A stretch of DNA of 56,782 nucleotides, the filler included, from Circinaria calcarea (Eukaryota): NCBI GenBank assembly GCA_051942165.1. It is 5 parts of 5 records of this genome, joined end to end, with 100 filler letters (N's around TTAATTAATTAA, not from the genome) between each part and the next. Parts side by side here need not be neighbours in the genome. Positions count along the whole stretch, not along the records: positions 11,395 to 22,677 come from JAVECS010000694.1; positions 22,778 to 34,047 come from JAVECS010000695.1; 3 more parts are not named here. One strand, written 5' to 3'. Each line of letters opens with the position of its first letter. Position 1 is the stretch's first letter. A program made the position numbers and the translations under genes. The notes under the pieces are model-generated. The model was given only the letters and a program-made list of their open reading frames with translations, was not told where the DNA came from and searched no databases. Below, one piece after another: positions 12,268 through 23,438 of this stretch.

Positions 12268-13236
12268 CTATGAGCAATAAGCTGTATTCTGATATGGTCT
12301 GTCCATCGACCCAAAATTGGCAAAAGTATCAAAGCTCGGCAGCGCAGGTAGCGTGTGGCTCGAATGCCTCGAGTCCGGTGCCATAACCGGTGCTGGATTG
12401 AATGGGTAAGGCGCTGATGTAGCCAGACTCGCGGACGGCAATGCAGCGGATGAACAGCTACTGCTGTACGCTTGACGAATTGAGGGAGATGGATATGTCG
12501 GGCCAGAGGAAGCACGCGAGTGAGTGCTGGTATATGAGTGCTCTAGGACGGAGTCGCGGGAGTGGTCAGGACCTAAGCCGCTGTCCCGGAACTTATCCTG
12601 GTCGGAACTATGGCTCACGGGTGAAGTGGAAGGGCCTCTGTTGGAGCGACGGGAAACGCTACGCCCAACGGATGTGAGGGTTTTGAGGCCTTTCTCCATG
12701 CACTATTTTTTGAACGTTAGCCGCGGTCATGTGACTTGACTTTCTTTTCTTGGAGTAGGGAAGAAAGGAACGAGAGGAGGGCAATGGATGTCACAGTCAA
12801 AACGTACCTTGCTTTCCAGAGTTTGCCACTTCTCGTTCATGTCTAACTTCTCTCTGACTTTAGTGGCCAGAAGCTGCCACATTTCTTCGTGACACTCGAG
12901 ATAGACGGTTGCTAACTCCTCGAGCTTAACACCGTCCCATCCTTCCTGCTTTTTCTTTTCCATCAAGCGTTCATGCCGTTTCCGGCAGGCATTTGGAGTC
13001 TTGCTCGGGAAATACTGCGTAGCAATAGGTCCCCAATTCATGTTTTCCTTGCGGCATGCAATCAGTCGTTCGTCATCCTCAGCGGACCAGGCAATGGAAG
13101 GCCGGTCATGAGATGGTAAAGCATGTGAGGGTACTCGAGACGCCCTAGACTGCGGGACCGTACTAGACGAGGCGTAGGGGTGAGGATGATATGCATTGTG
13201 GCTCGACGACGCTTTTTCTGCTTTCCCCATATTCAT
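12268..13236 (-). CDS. Myb/SANT-like DNA-binding domain protein, 2 exons
   Basis: WSAEDDERLIACRKENMNWGPIATQYFPSKTPNACRKRHERL is a Myb-type repeat. Intron 12807-12703 (GTACGT...GCTAAC...TAG) joins ESK|CMEKGLKTL in frame. Confidence 0.85.
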
Positions 13237-15499
13237 CGACGGAGGGATGGTGATGGTGGTAATGGTAGTAGATAATCTTCTAGCAAGGCACCTTGCTGGA
13301 GACAGAGAGGAAGAGCTAAGACTGGAGCCGATATGGAAACGGGGTTTATGAAAGGAATGATTGGCCAGGACCAGGATTAGGATTATGATATATTGTGAGA
13401 GGGAAGACTTGACGAAGGAAAGACCGGAACCCAGGTCAATGAAAGTGAAAGATAGGAAATTGTTGATGTTCTAATAATGACATTACCGTTTATCCTGATG
13501 GGCCGTGGTGGTCGGAAGGGCGAAGCCTACCTTATACCACTGACCTTTCGGGTTCATGCATAAGATCGAGAGGTTATTTTCCTTGACGCCAGATGATACA
13601 GACGTTGGAGAACCAGGGGAGCTTTCTTTAGCATGTCAGGAAGGCTGAAACATGGTCCCTTCATGACCTCTGTTTCCGGACGGTATACTCATCGCCTTGA
13701 GCGAGCCTCTGGGAGGACGATAGGGTCGTGGGGGTGCGACCCGTACTGTTTTTAGACGGCTGCGGGCGGTTGCACCCATGGACTTGCGATTAAACCGTTG
13801 AGCAGGTAGGTCAGAAATGGGGCAGGGCTCTCTGACGATGCCCCTCGAGCAGATGTCGGCGGTTACGGTTGCGGTATTTTGGCGCGGCTCCGGCAGAGAG
13901 ATGTCGACCATTCCCCTCTCGGCCTAAGAGGATCATCCGAAAATAGAAATCGAATAGGAAACCACCTTACGTTCTGACAATTGGCTGCGGCCGCCTGGGC
14001 TGACCTGCATGCCGCCCAAAATACTATGGTGTCCAGATGGGAATTGTAGGTCTACGGATGAGAGAGAGAGAGAGTCGGGAGTTATACACGCGGTATCAAC
14101 AAGTAGTTATATATTGTCGGTTTGGTGGTGGGAATATGGTGTGCTATCGTCGCTGATCTCTCTGTCGATCAACGGGAAGATCTCGACTATCCCGAGCGAC
14201 TGCCCTTATCCAGCTCTGTTGACACCACAAGCGGGAGCTGTTCTACTGCCTCGTCTGACAGGATGAGAATTCTTCTCGGTCAAGGAGCTCTCTGCTCTGG
14301 TTCTGCCGTAGGATGGCTTGGGCGGCGTAGAGGCCGGATCCCAAGGTCTTTGTCAACCGTACCTTTCACAGCCTCCACGACATCGTCGACTTGCTCGGGG
14401 CCGGTGCCTCACAAACTGGCATATTTGGCGCGCTGCTACTCAAACATCGGACGATGAATAAGATGCTGACCACTCAAATCGATTGTTTCACCAGCTTAGG
14501 GCTGCTGATTACGGTTGCGGTGATAAGCTCCGGCCTCCCGGATGCCTGTGGGTAACCGGAAACTTCTCGAAGGGGCGGAGTTAATCTTCTATCTCCCAGC
14601 CTGCCCTTTCGTGACTGATGGTGGGGATATTTGTCATGCTAAATATACATATACTAGAGAGTACCTGATGCTGACTTCAAGGCTCAAGTATACTAACATC
14701 GCACTGCATGACTAGTCTGCCCATACAGATCCCACATGGGTGCGGCATTTGAGTGTTGAGGCGGAGCACAGATAGCAGATATCCCCACAGAACTTCGATG
14801 CGATTTCCAGGGGCCGCTCTACCGGGTAAACGAACCCCCATGGATGCTCTACCTGGGTCCCAGAGTCTCCAGCTTTAGGACTCTGCCATTTTATGCACCT
14901 GTAGGTCGCTTTTCATGCAGCTACTTTTCATCGTTCATAACCTTGGGTGAGGGTGAGGTAGGCTATTTAATCGTAGTCAGAGGTCGATAGCGATAAACCG
15001 GGCGTAGAGTCTGCACGCTTGCATCGGGAGAGAGTTACACAACACTTCTTTATAGAAATGTTTCTATTTCCTGAGCCTTGCGACCCATCCAACCTCCAGA
15101 GGCTATATTTATTAATGGACGGTTGATGGGTTTGCGCTTGAATCGCAGCGTGCTCCATTGAGATGTCTGTTATCATGGAGCTTCGATTACATATGGAGTC
15201 GGCATAAGGGCGCACTTCTAGAGCAAAAGGGTGAAACTTATCGTCCAAATTGCCATTAACATAGTACACAGTATCATTATCTCGTTATCATCAATATTAG
15301 CAGCACTCGAGGCCTCCATTTATACAGCAACCTGCCGAGTCTTCCACACCGTCTGTCCGTGTTCCCTCACTCAAGAGTGTAGAACCCCGACCAACTCACA
15401 ATTTCAATCCACGACCTGAACCCACAATCTGGAACGCTCAGTCAACCCTGCCTCCAACCGGCATGTGCATGCATAGCATGATGTTACACCTTCCTCATC

Positions 15500-15865
15500 T
15501 TAAGTTAATCTTGACCATCGCTTCTCATCCCTACTCATCTGGAAATATTCGCCGTGGTACCCCGGCGGCATCGGCGATAAGCAGGTCACCGTAGGCGTCT
15601 CTTTGAACTGGATCTTCTTGCTCGTGGTTGTGGTATTTGTTTGATCTTTCTTCAGGATGCTTTTTGTATCGGCTGACTGCGAGTATGAAAAACTGGGTGG
15701 CTGTAGGGTGGAAAGCCCACGTTGATTGAGGAGAGTGTTTCGAGCGGTCGGACTGTTGATCGGTGATGGAGAGATGGGTTTTGGGAAAGGCGACTTAGGG
15801 GCGCCGTGGCCAGAAGTGCCGGTAGGTACAGCAAGGGAGAGTTTGGGTTTGACGGCGCGAAGCAT
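15500..15865 (-). CDS. Small 121-aa Ser/Pro-rich protein with PP1-docking-like motifs
   Basis: Single-exon ORF with a good start context (CAACATG). Contains KSILK and KKIQF motifs and several SP/TP sites. Confidence 0.7.
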   Translation of the reverse strand: MLRAVKPKLSLAVPTGTSGHGAPKSPFPKPISPSPINSPTARNTLLNQRGLSTLQPPSFSYSQSADTKSILKKDQTNTTTTSKKIQFKETPTVTCLSPMPPGYHGEYFQMSRDEKRWSRLT

Positions 15866-17143
15866 GTTGATTACTCGACTGGGAATGGACTTGTCTGGAT
15901 GTCAAGAGCTAGACTTTTTTGAACGCCGCTCGTCTCGTGCAACTGGAGATTGCCGAACACGGAAACCCACTGTCCTGATCAACAGACGATTCAAGGAGAG
16001 GGAGGAGGCGTCTTATGCAGAGTCTCCAGGTACTAAATTGCGAGAGTTGAAATAGAAACAAATTGGACCAGCCAATCAAAGACAACTGAGATACAGAATG
16101 CACAAGTAACAATTGCAGAGACGGCGACTGATCAAACCTGCATCGACGGGGAAAGTAAATGGATTATGAGGCAGAGCGCCAATATTATATTAAGTCGCAG
16201 AATGTGACTCTTCCTTGATTGCTGTTGGTTGTTGGAATCGAACATCACAAGTACCGATGCACTTAAGCGCCAACGACCGTGTTTTGGATGTTTGGCTTGA
16301 AGCCTCATCGAGCGGGGTAGCTCATCTGGTTGGGTTTGAAGCTTCGTGCTCGGCATGACGATGCAACCTGCATGGCGGAACCTCTCTTGCATCACGTCGA
16401 CCATTCGATGGCTGCACTGCCCACAACCCACTAATCCGTGGGCATGCATAACTCCTCGACTGCTCAAAAGCTCGCGGCAATTCTAAGTATAGCTACATTT
16501 TCGAGTACCCGGTTATCGCCAGAAGATTGCTTGGTCTGTCTCCGATATGGACTTACAATATACTCTGGATGAAGCTCATCGCTCTGATGTTAGAGGCTCG
16601 AGGCGCATCTCCGAAAGGGTTACGACCGTCACGCACCGGAAATCTCAGAAATACTCTGCGAGACGAAACCAACTCGATACAGTAACGAAACCAAGTACAG
16701 GTAAGGATACCTGGAATAGAGGGAAAACCAAGAATATACGACAGTATATCGTGCGGTATTATTTTTACACCAAAAATTGATCTTAGAGCTACACCAATAG
16801 ATCGCCATGTGAGCATGTGCATATGGGCATTTAATGCTTATCAACTGTGTCGATGCAATGGTGGGATCGAAGAATGAACATTCACCGCCTCACAACATCA
16901 TTGGGTGGCTTTTTAGGGCTGAAACGGCATCCGTCAAGAGCCTCTGCCCAAATCCATCCGCAACTCAGGGAGCAGCCAATTCCAAATGTTTGTAGATACT
17001 TAGTTTAGGCAGCTGGTGAAGGTCTGTAGTACAGATTCTTGGGTAAAAGTTGTGCAGTAAGCTACAAAGGCAAGCTACACTTGCGCATACTACCGAGTTG
17101 TCCAGTCCCAAGGCACTGTTACTGTGGGAGACTTCTCATAATT

Positions 17144-18051
17144 ATGTCTGAAAAAGCCCGAGAAGCTATTGAGCAGGTTGATGTTACGGCCAACAACAAC
17201 GCTGCCGGCACGGGGCCTCCGGCTTACAGTCTCCATGAATACGATCAAGTCTATACTGCCAATGATGTCGCCTTATCGCAAGAGTCGCACCTATCCTCAC
17301 TTGGTGTTCCACTCGATGAAATCGCATCAACTTCAAACTCGGGAAGGTCACCGGTACCGTTGGCCGAACCTTTATCCCTGACCATGGACGAAGAACTGAT
17401 ATACCCTACCTTGCCACCATCGAGTGCATTGTACTATATTCCCCAGCGTCTCACCTGGACGGGGTTTCAGATCTCTTTGCAGAGATCCTTACCTGGGAGA
17501 AAGAAACGAGACGGCACAATCGTACCTACGGACGACCAGGATCTGTATCAGATTAACTCGCCACCTTTTTTAACAACAGTTGAGCTGGTCCCAAAACGAG
17601 CCAGCTGCTTCGGTAAAGGAAAAGCAACCATGACGAGATCAAGTATATTCAGCGACCGCTGGGAGGTATCCTTTCACAGGGAGGTTGCCATAAAATTCAA
17701 GAAAGGGCAGTGGACGGATGCTCAAGGCAAAGCCCTCGCAACCGAGGAGAAGATTGAGAACAGTAGAGATGAGACTGGGTACAAGCAACGGCGGACGATG
17801 ACAATCGAGGCTGGAGTGGACCCAAAGATGATGAATCTCTTGGTAGCATGCTGGACGGCAAAAGTGTGGCGGGAAGTCCAGGTTGCTCTGACCAAAGACC
17901 AAACAAGCAACAAGTTCAAGGAGGTGATCAAGACAGGAAGTAAGCTTTAGATAAAATGGGGTGACCTTTACTACCTACGCTGACGCTGTGATATTTAGAG
18001 ATGACTACAGTTGACAGCGTGGAAGGAAAACCCAGATTCAACTCGAGATAA
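17144..18051 (+). CDS. Hypothetical protein, 2 exons
   Basis: ORF from ATG 17144 with a PPAY motif near the N-terminus. Intron 17940-17998 (GTAAGC...GCTGAC...TAG) gives a short final exon ending at TAA 18051. Confidence 0.7.
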
Positions 18052-18311
18052 GGTCATCGAGTAGCTCCATTTTAGCAAAATCATTTAAAACGTAAAGTTA
18101 GGTTTCACAACTTGATTGATACCTAACTAACAGCACAGAATGGTGCTAGCTTTCCTCATGGCACCACATTATCTCATAGTGCTCCATCGAAGTCAACAGA
18201 TAATATATGTATCTCAAAACCTTGATTTCGTTACGGGTATCTCTATGCTATTGCATCAGCGCCTCTAATGCTTCAAAGGAGCTCCGATCATGATTTCTTT
18301 CCGACCCACTC

Positions 18312-19009
18312 CTAGCCTCCGGCGCGTTCGTTCACATGTTGCAAGGCCGCCATCTGTTTGCGGAGTTCGAGGAAGAAGTCCTTTCCGCTACTCATTGTGT
18401 TTACTGCTGAATTGTTAGGGAACGGGTCTGGATGGTGGTACAGAATTGGGACACGAACCTTTGGAAGCCCATGGTCCGCCAGTTTTGACATTGGCAGCTG
18501 GACCTCCGGTGGCTTTATAGCGCAACGATTTTAAGTCCTCGGCGGCTACCGAAGCAATGGCTAGATGATAGCATGTCAACTATACTCCGGCAAAGATCAT
18601 AGGTCCGAAGCCATACCCTTCTTCAGAGCGTCTCGTGTTTCCTGCGCATTGAACCCCTTCACGGGAATGTGCTGTTCTTGCGTAGGGCTATCGCGACTTC
18701 TTCGATTATTCGTCGTCCATGCGTTACCAGACATTTCTGTCATTCCTCCTTGCATCTCACCACTAAGACGCTCCTGCGATAGAGCGTTTGCGTATGGAGT
18801 CCCGCTTGGCTGGCGTTTCTGGTTGGATTGAGCCGATGGAGTCTGTGATGACTGAGGTCCGCGAGAACCGCGCCAGCTATCTCCAGTATGTTAGTAGAGG
18901 TCTTGAGTAGAGTGTTGCGAGTTATGGGTTTCAAAGCAGTTTAGAGTGATAAGAAATGGATGTGGATAGTTTGGTGATAGACCTACCGCTCTTCTCCGCC
19001 AGTTCCCAT
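18312..19009 (-). CDS. Small hypothetical protein (~159 aa), 4 exons, absent from ORF track
   Basis: Exons 19009-18987, 18876-18617, 18560-18459 and 18406-18312, joined by canonical GT-AG introns, splice in frame: MGTGGEERWRGSRG...QEQHIPVKGFNAQETRDALKK...GGPWASKAVNTMSSGKDFFLELRKQ...GG*. Confidence 0.8.
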
Positions 19010-19363
19010 ACCCTGGCTTTCAACAAGTGAATAGAAAACCGAAAGTGGAGAGAATTAAGGTTTCATAGGGCTCCTAGCGCGATGGGCACGTGTGGCGCTA
19101 CTGAGACTTGGCGATCATTCCCGAGACCGCATGTCAACCTGTACTCCTTCTCTGGCTTCATCGGTTGACTTCAGCTTCAGAGCGCATATTGAAAGGAAAC
19201 GGACCTATCTTTGTCCAAATGACAGCTCTGTACTTGTGGGCTAAGCAGGTGCTGCATGAAAATAGCGCGTCACATTAGTAAGAGCTCCAGGCTTACTTTA
19301 TCCGGTAAATGGTCTTGCCTTCCTCCCCACTTCGTGAGCTCGTGAAGAGTCTCTACAGCAGCG

Positions 19364-22300
19364 ATGCCCGGCATACCTGCAGCCCGTCGGCGACCCCAGA
19401 ACGCGCGGGTTAGGAGTGGCCGCCAGCCGCCAGCGCGTCCCGCCACGTCTGAAGCCCCTGTCGCAGACGAACCGCCTCCCAAGAAGCGAAGATATATTCC
19501 AGGGGGGCCAGGTGGAGGTGGAAGATACGTTGACGCGGATGGAACTGAGATACCCGTTGGAGGAACAGGCCCAGGGGGTTACAACTATGTTGGGCCTAGA
19601 GGCCGTATAGGGCGGGAGAATGCGGCCAACGGGGTTCAGCCTGTCACATACGAGCGACCTCGCCGTGAAAGCAGAAGAGAACGGCCTGTTGCCAGACCAA
19701 GATATAGCTCGGCCGCTGCTGCTGCCGCTGCTGTGGTGCAGGGTGATGGATTCAAGCCTAGGGAAGAGAGAAGCTGGGAGGAGTTTCATCAGACTTTAGA
19801 CATCGAAGCAAAGTTTCCGGTTTTTAGTGCAGACGAGGTTGATGGGATTGTGCAAGACGCGCCGTTCAATGCAGCTCATTTCTTTCCTACCGAAGGAGCC
19901 CCTGCAGATGGCAACGATATTCCCGAAGCCACTGCTTATGCTGAACAAAAAGAGATACCTGCAAACGGGGAGGACGTTGAGACGCCTATAAAGAGCGATT
20001 CTGCCTTTGAGCTTGTCGACCGTAATGATTCATCAGTCTCCAAGACTCCATTAACAGCCAGACGACGCCCTGGAAGACCTCCGCGCAGGCCTGACTCGAT
20101 GCTGAAGGGAATAGGCACACCTGATACTCCGAAGATCGTTCCTCTTCCTGGTCCAAATCCTCGGGAGAGGCTCACATTACCAAAGCCTTCGTTTCGACGA
20201 GCAGACCCATTCCTTTCATATGAACAAAAGGCCGCCGGCCAGCTCAATTATGTTGATCGTACCATGGCGAACGTTGGCTATCAAGAAAGTGACATTTACA
20301 TTCGGCCGGAGAAGAACCTGATTAGAGTAACTGAGGGTACCATTGAGGAAGAGCTAGATGTTACAGCCAGCACAAAGACCGATGGAGATAACAATGCAGC
20401 CATTGGAGGTGTGGGTGTTGGTAGGGTGGAGTACGACATGGACGAGCAAGACCAGAAATGGCTTGATGACTACAACGCGCAGAGGAAGACTGAGCAGGTT
20501 GAACCCATTAAACCTGCCATCTTTGAAATCACAATGACAAAGATCGAGAAAGAGTGGCATGCTCTAGAGAAACGGATTCCGAAGCCCAACCCAAAACCTC
20601 CACAGACACAACGCCCACGATCAAGTTCTGCAGCAGCTGTCAACGGTGAGCCAAACGGTGTTGGTGAAGAACAAGATAGTAAATGTGCTATATGCGATGA
20701 TGGAGATTGCGAGAACACAAATGCAATTGTCTTCTGTGACGGATGTGACCTTGCCGTCCATCAGGAGTGCTATGGTGTACCGTATATCCCCGAGGGCCAA
20801 TGGCTATGTCGCAAATGTCAATTAATTGGCCGAGGAACGCCGACATGCATCTTTTGTCCAAACACCGAAGGCGCGTTCAAGCAGACGAACTCATCGAAGT
20901 GGTCCCATTTGCTGTGCGCAATCTGGATACCAGAAGTATCACTCGGCAATCCTACCTTCATGGAACCGGTAATGGAGGTTGAAAAGGTCCCCAAGCAGAG
21001 ATGGAAACTGACATGCTATATTTGCCGTCAGAAAATGGGAGCCTGTATCCAATGTGGAAATAAGAATTGTTTTGTCGCATTTCATGTCACTTGCGCCAGA
21101 AAAGCCAAGTTGTTCCTTCAAATGAAAACAACGCATGGAGGACCTGCGAGCTTTGACTCAAGCCATCTCAAAGCTTACTGCGATAAGCACGTGCCGAACG
21201 ATTGGAGGAAGGACAATGATGTGGATGCTGCCACGGCGGATGCAATCGACTATTATCGGTATACTATGCGTGGTAGATTATGGGCGGATAGCCAGCAATC
21301 TGCCATGAACATGTCTACGACACAAGGTCAGCCACCACCAGAAACCGCAGAGGAAGAGCCTCATCTGAAGATTAACCTCATTGTGGGGGGAAACAAGCGT
21401 AAGCGAAACCAGCCCCAAAAGACGGTCTGGAGATTGCCCTCCGGAGCACCGGTAATTCCAGCGGTTGTATATGATTCGGTCGAAAGCTCTCTACAGCGCT
21501 TCACGGTGCGTAAGAGAAGAGACTACGCGGCCGATATGTGCAAGTATTGGACGTTGAAGAGAGAGGCGAGACGGGGAGCGGCCTTACTCAAGCGCCTCCA
21601 GTTACAAATGGAGACGTTCTCATCGATGGAGATAACGCGTCGCAATTTCGCAGGTATGGGGGCAGCTGGTAGGGTTCGACTGCAGCGCCGTATAGACTTT
21701 GCAGAGAAGCTCCTGTCAGACGTTGATAAGTTACGATTGTTGTGTGACGAGATCAGGAAAAGAGAGCGAGAGAAACTGAAAGATGCAGAGATGCTAAAGG
21801 ATATCATCGACACAGTCTACTTTCCAATTCCTCCCCTTCTCTGGCCAATCATAGACAAGGCTCAAGCGTAAGTGATGAAATATTTCCTAAGGATATAATG
21901 CTCAGACTGACGTCTCCTAGTCTCGATGGAAAAGGCACTTTCCGTGCTGGTCTAGCCAAAATCCGAGAGAGACTTGAAGAACGCTTCTATACCTCAGTTG
22001 CTACATTCTCCGCAGATTTAGGCACCGTGTTCAGTAGTGTGATTGGCATGCCAACTACCATTGACGCAACGGATGTCCACTCACACATTAATGATGACAT
22101 GCGGAGGAAAGATCTGAGTGCAGAGCAAAAGGAAAAGAGGAAATTGGCCAAGCGCATCATCAAGGCTGTGCAAGGCGCGCTTGAAGATGCTATGCGCAAG
22201 GAGAGCGAGCTATGCCGAAAACCCTTTGAGAAGGAGCTGAGAGATCTTGACTTGCTCTTGGAGGCTAGCATTTCGTCTCGGCGTGACTCCATGACGGGAT

Positions 22301-22677
22301 CACACCTTCTCGACGGCAGCGAAGATGAGACTGCGGAACAGAAGCAGTCCAGCCTGAAAGAATCACGTGGAGAGATAATGCCCGGTCCTCTACCTGCAGC
22401 TGATACCAATGGTGACATTACGGAAATTCACCATAGCCCTCCATCCCACCAACTAATCAACGAAGCCACCTTAATACCTAACCCCAACCACATTCTCAGT
22501 CAACTGTTACCACCAACCGATTGCGACACGACCAAGCCAACCATCCCACCCCATCATCTTACCCCGTCCGACTCCATCGCCACGCCCGCAACCGCTGGTA
22601 TTCCCATCCCCGTCCCCAGCCACATCCTCAAACCCGCCACTCGCCCTTCCCACCCTCCCTCCCTTCCCACCCACACC
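19364..22677 (+). CDS. NTO1: NuA3 histone acetyltransferase subunit NTO1 / BRPF-type PHD finger protein (3' end lost in gap)
   Basis: EPL-like VEYDMDEQDQKWL, PHD CAICDDGDCENTNAIVFCDGCDLAVHQECYG, extended PHD (CIFCP...FHVTCARK) and YWTLKREARRGAALLKRL. Intron ~21868-21920. The ORF runs into the N spacer. Confidence 0.92.
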
Positions 22678-22777
22678 NNNNNNNNNNNNNNNNNNNNNNN
22701 NNNNNNNNNNNNNNNNNNNNNTTAATTAATTAANNNNNNNNNNNNNNNNNNNNNNNNNNNNNNNNNNNNNNNNNNNN
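22678..22777. other. Artificial scaffold spacer
   Basis: N44-TTAATTAATTAA-N44. Confidence 0.97.
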
Positions 22778-23245
22778 GCTCGGCATGGAAAATGTGAGAA
22801 GAGGGACGAAGGGGGAGGGAAGCGGGTCCCTGGTTAGGCAGTGAACTTTTGTGTGACATGGGTGGAACAGGTATAAATGGTAAAGGGGGGAGAGACACCC
22901 GGTTTGAGGGAATCTTCAGACGACTCCTTGGAAGGGGGGGCCTTCTCAATTAGTACACACAATCTACGTAAGCGGTGGAGACGTAACAACCGGTACCGAT
23001 TACATGGGTCTAAGTTCTTTTAAAAAGTAGATTATAAGAATACAGGGGCCCTGCGTGGTAAATAGAGTAAATCTATCGAAGTTTTTTCTTCTTCTTCCCA
23101 TATCCAAATCCCAATTTTTATCGAGCGGACGATTTTAATAGTGTCGTAGCGAATAACTAGAGTGTTAGAGTTGAGGTATTTTAGTCTTTGTTTTTTTATA
23201 TTTTGAGATTATTATTGTTATATAAACATATATTCATATATAACA

Positions 23246-23420
23246 TCCGGTATGGTCTAGGGGTTAGGATATTTCGCTCTCAGGTTAGTGTTGCCCCTCT
23301 GTCGATTCATTAATTCCTTCGACTCCCAGGGAAAAACATTCAAGCTAACAACCATAATCAAGTTACCAATCATAGTAATAGCGGGCCGAAGAGGCCCGGG
23401 TTCGATTCCCGGTACCGGAA
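23246..23420 (+). tRNA. tRNA-Glu(CTC) with 103-nt intron (23283-23385)
   Basis: Acceptor stem TCCGGTA/TACCGGA, A-box TGGTCTAGGGG, anticodon stem TTTCG/CGAAG with loop CT-CTC-A^C, T-arm CCGGG-TTCGATT-CCCGG. The intron follows position 37. Confidence 0.92.
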
Positions 23421-23430
23421 AGAAATTTCG

Positions 23431-23438
23431 TTTTTTTT
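23431..23438 (+). terminator. RNA polymerase III terminator of tRNA-Glu
   Basis: T8 run about 10 nt after the tRNA 3' end. Confidence 0.75.

Noticed and set aside
18688..18727. Extra intron (GTAACG...TAG) in the hidden 4-exon gene
   Set aside because: Splicing it causes a frameshift and early stop, whereas read-through stays in frame.
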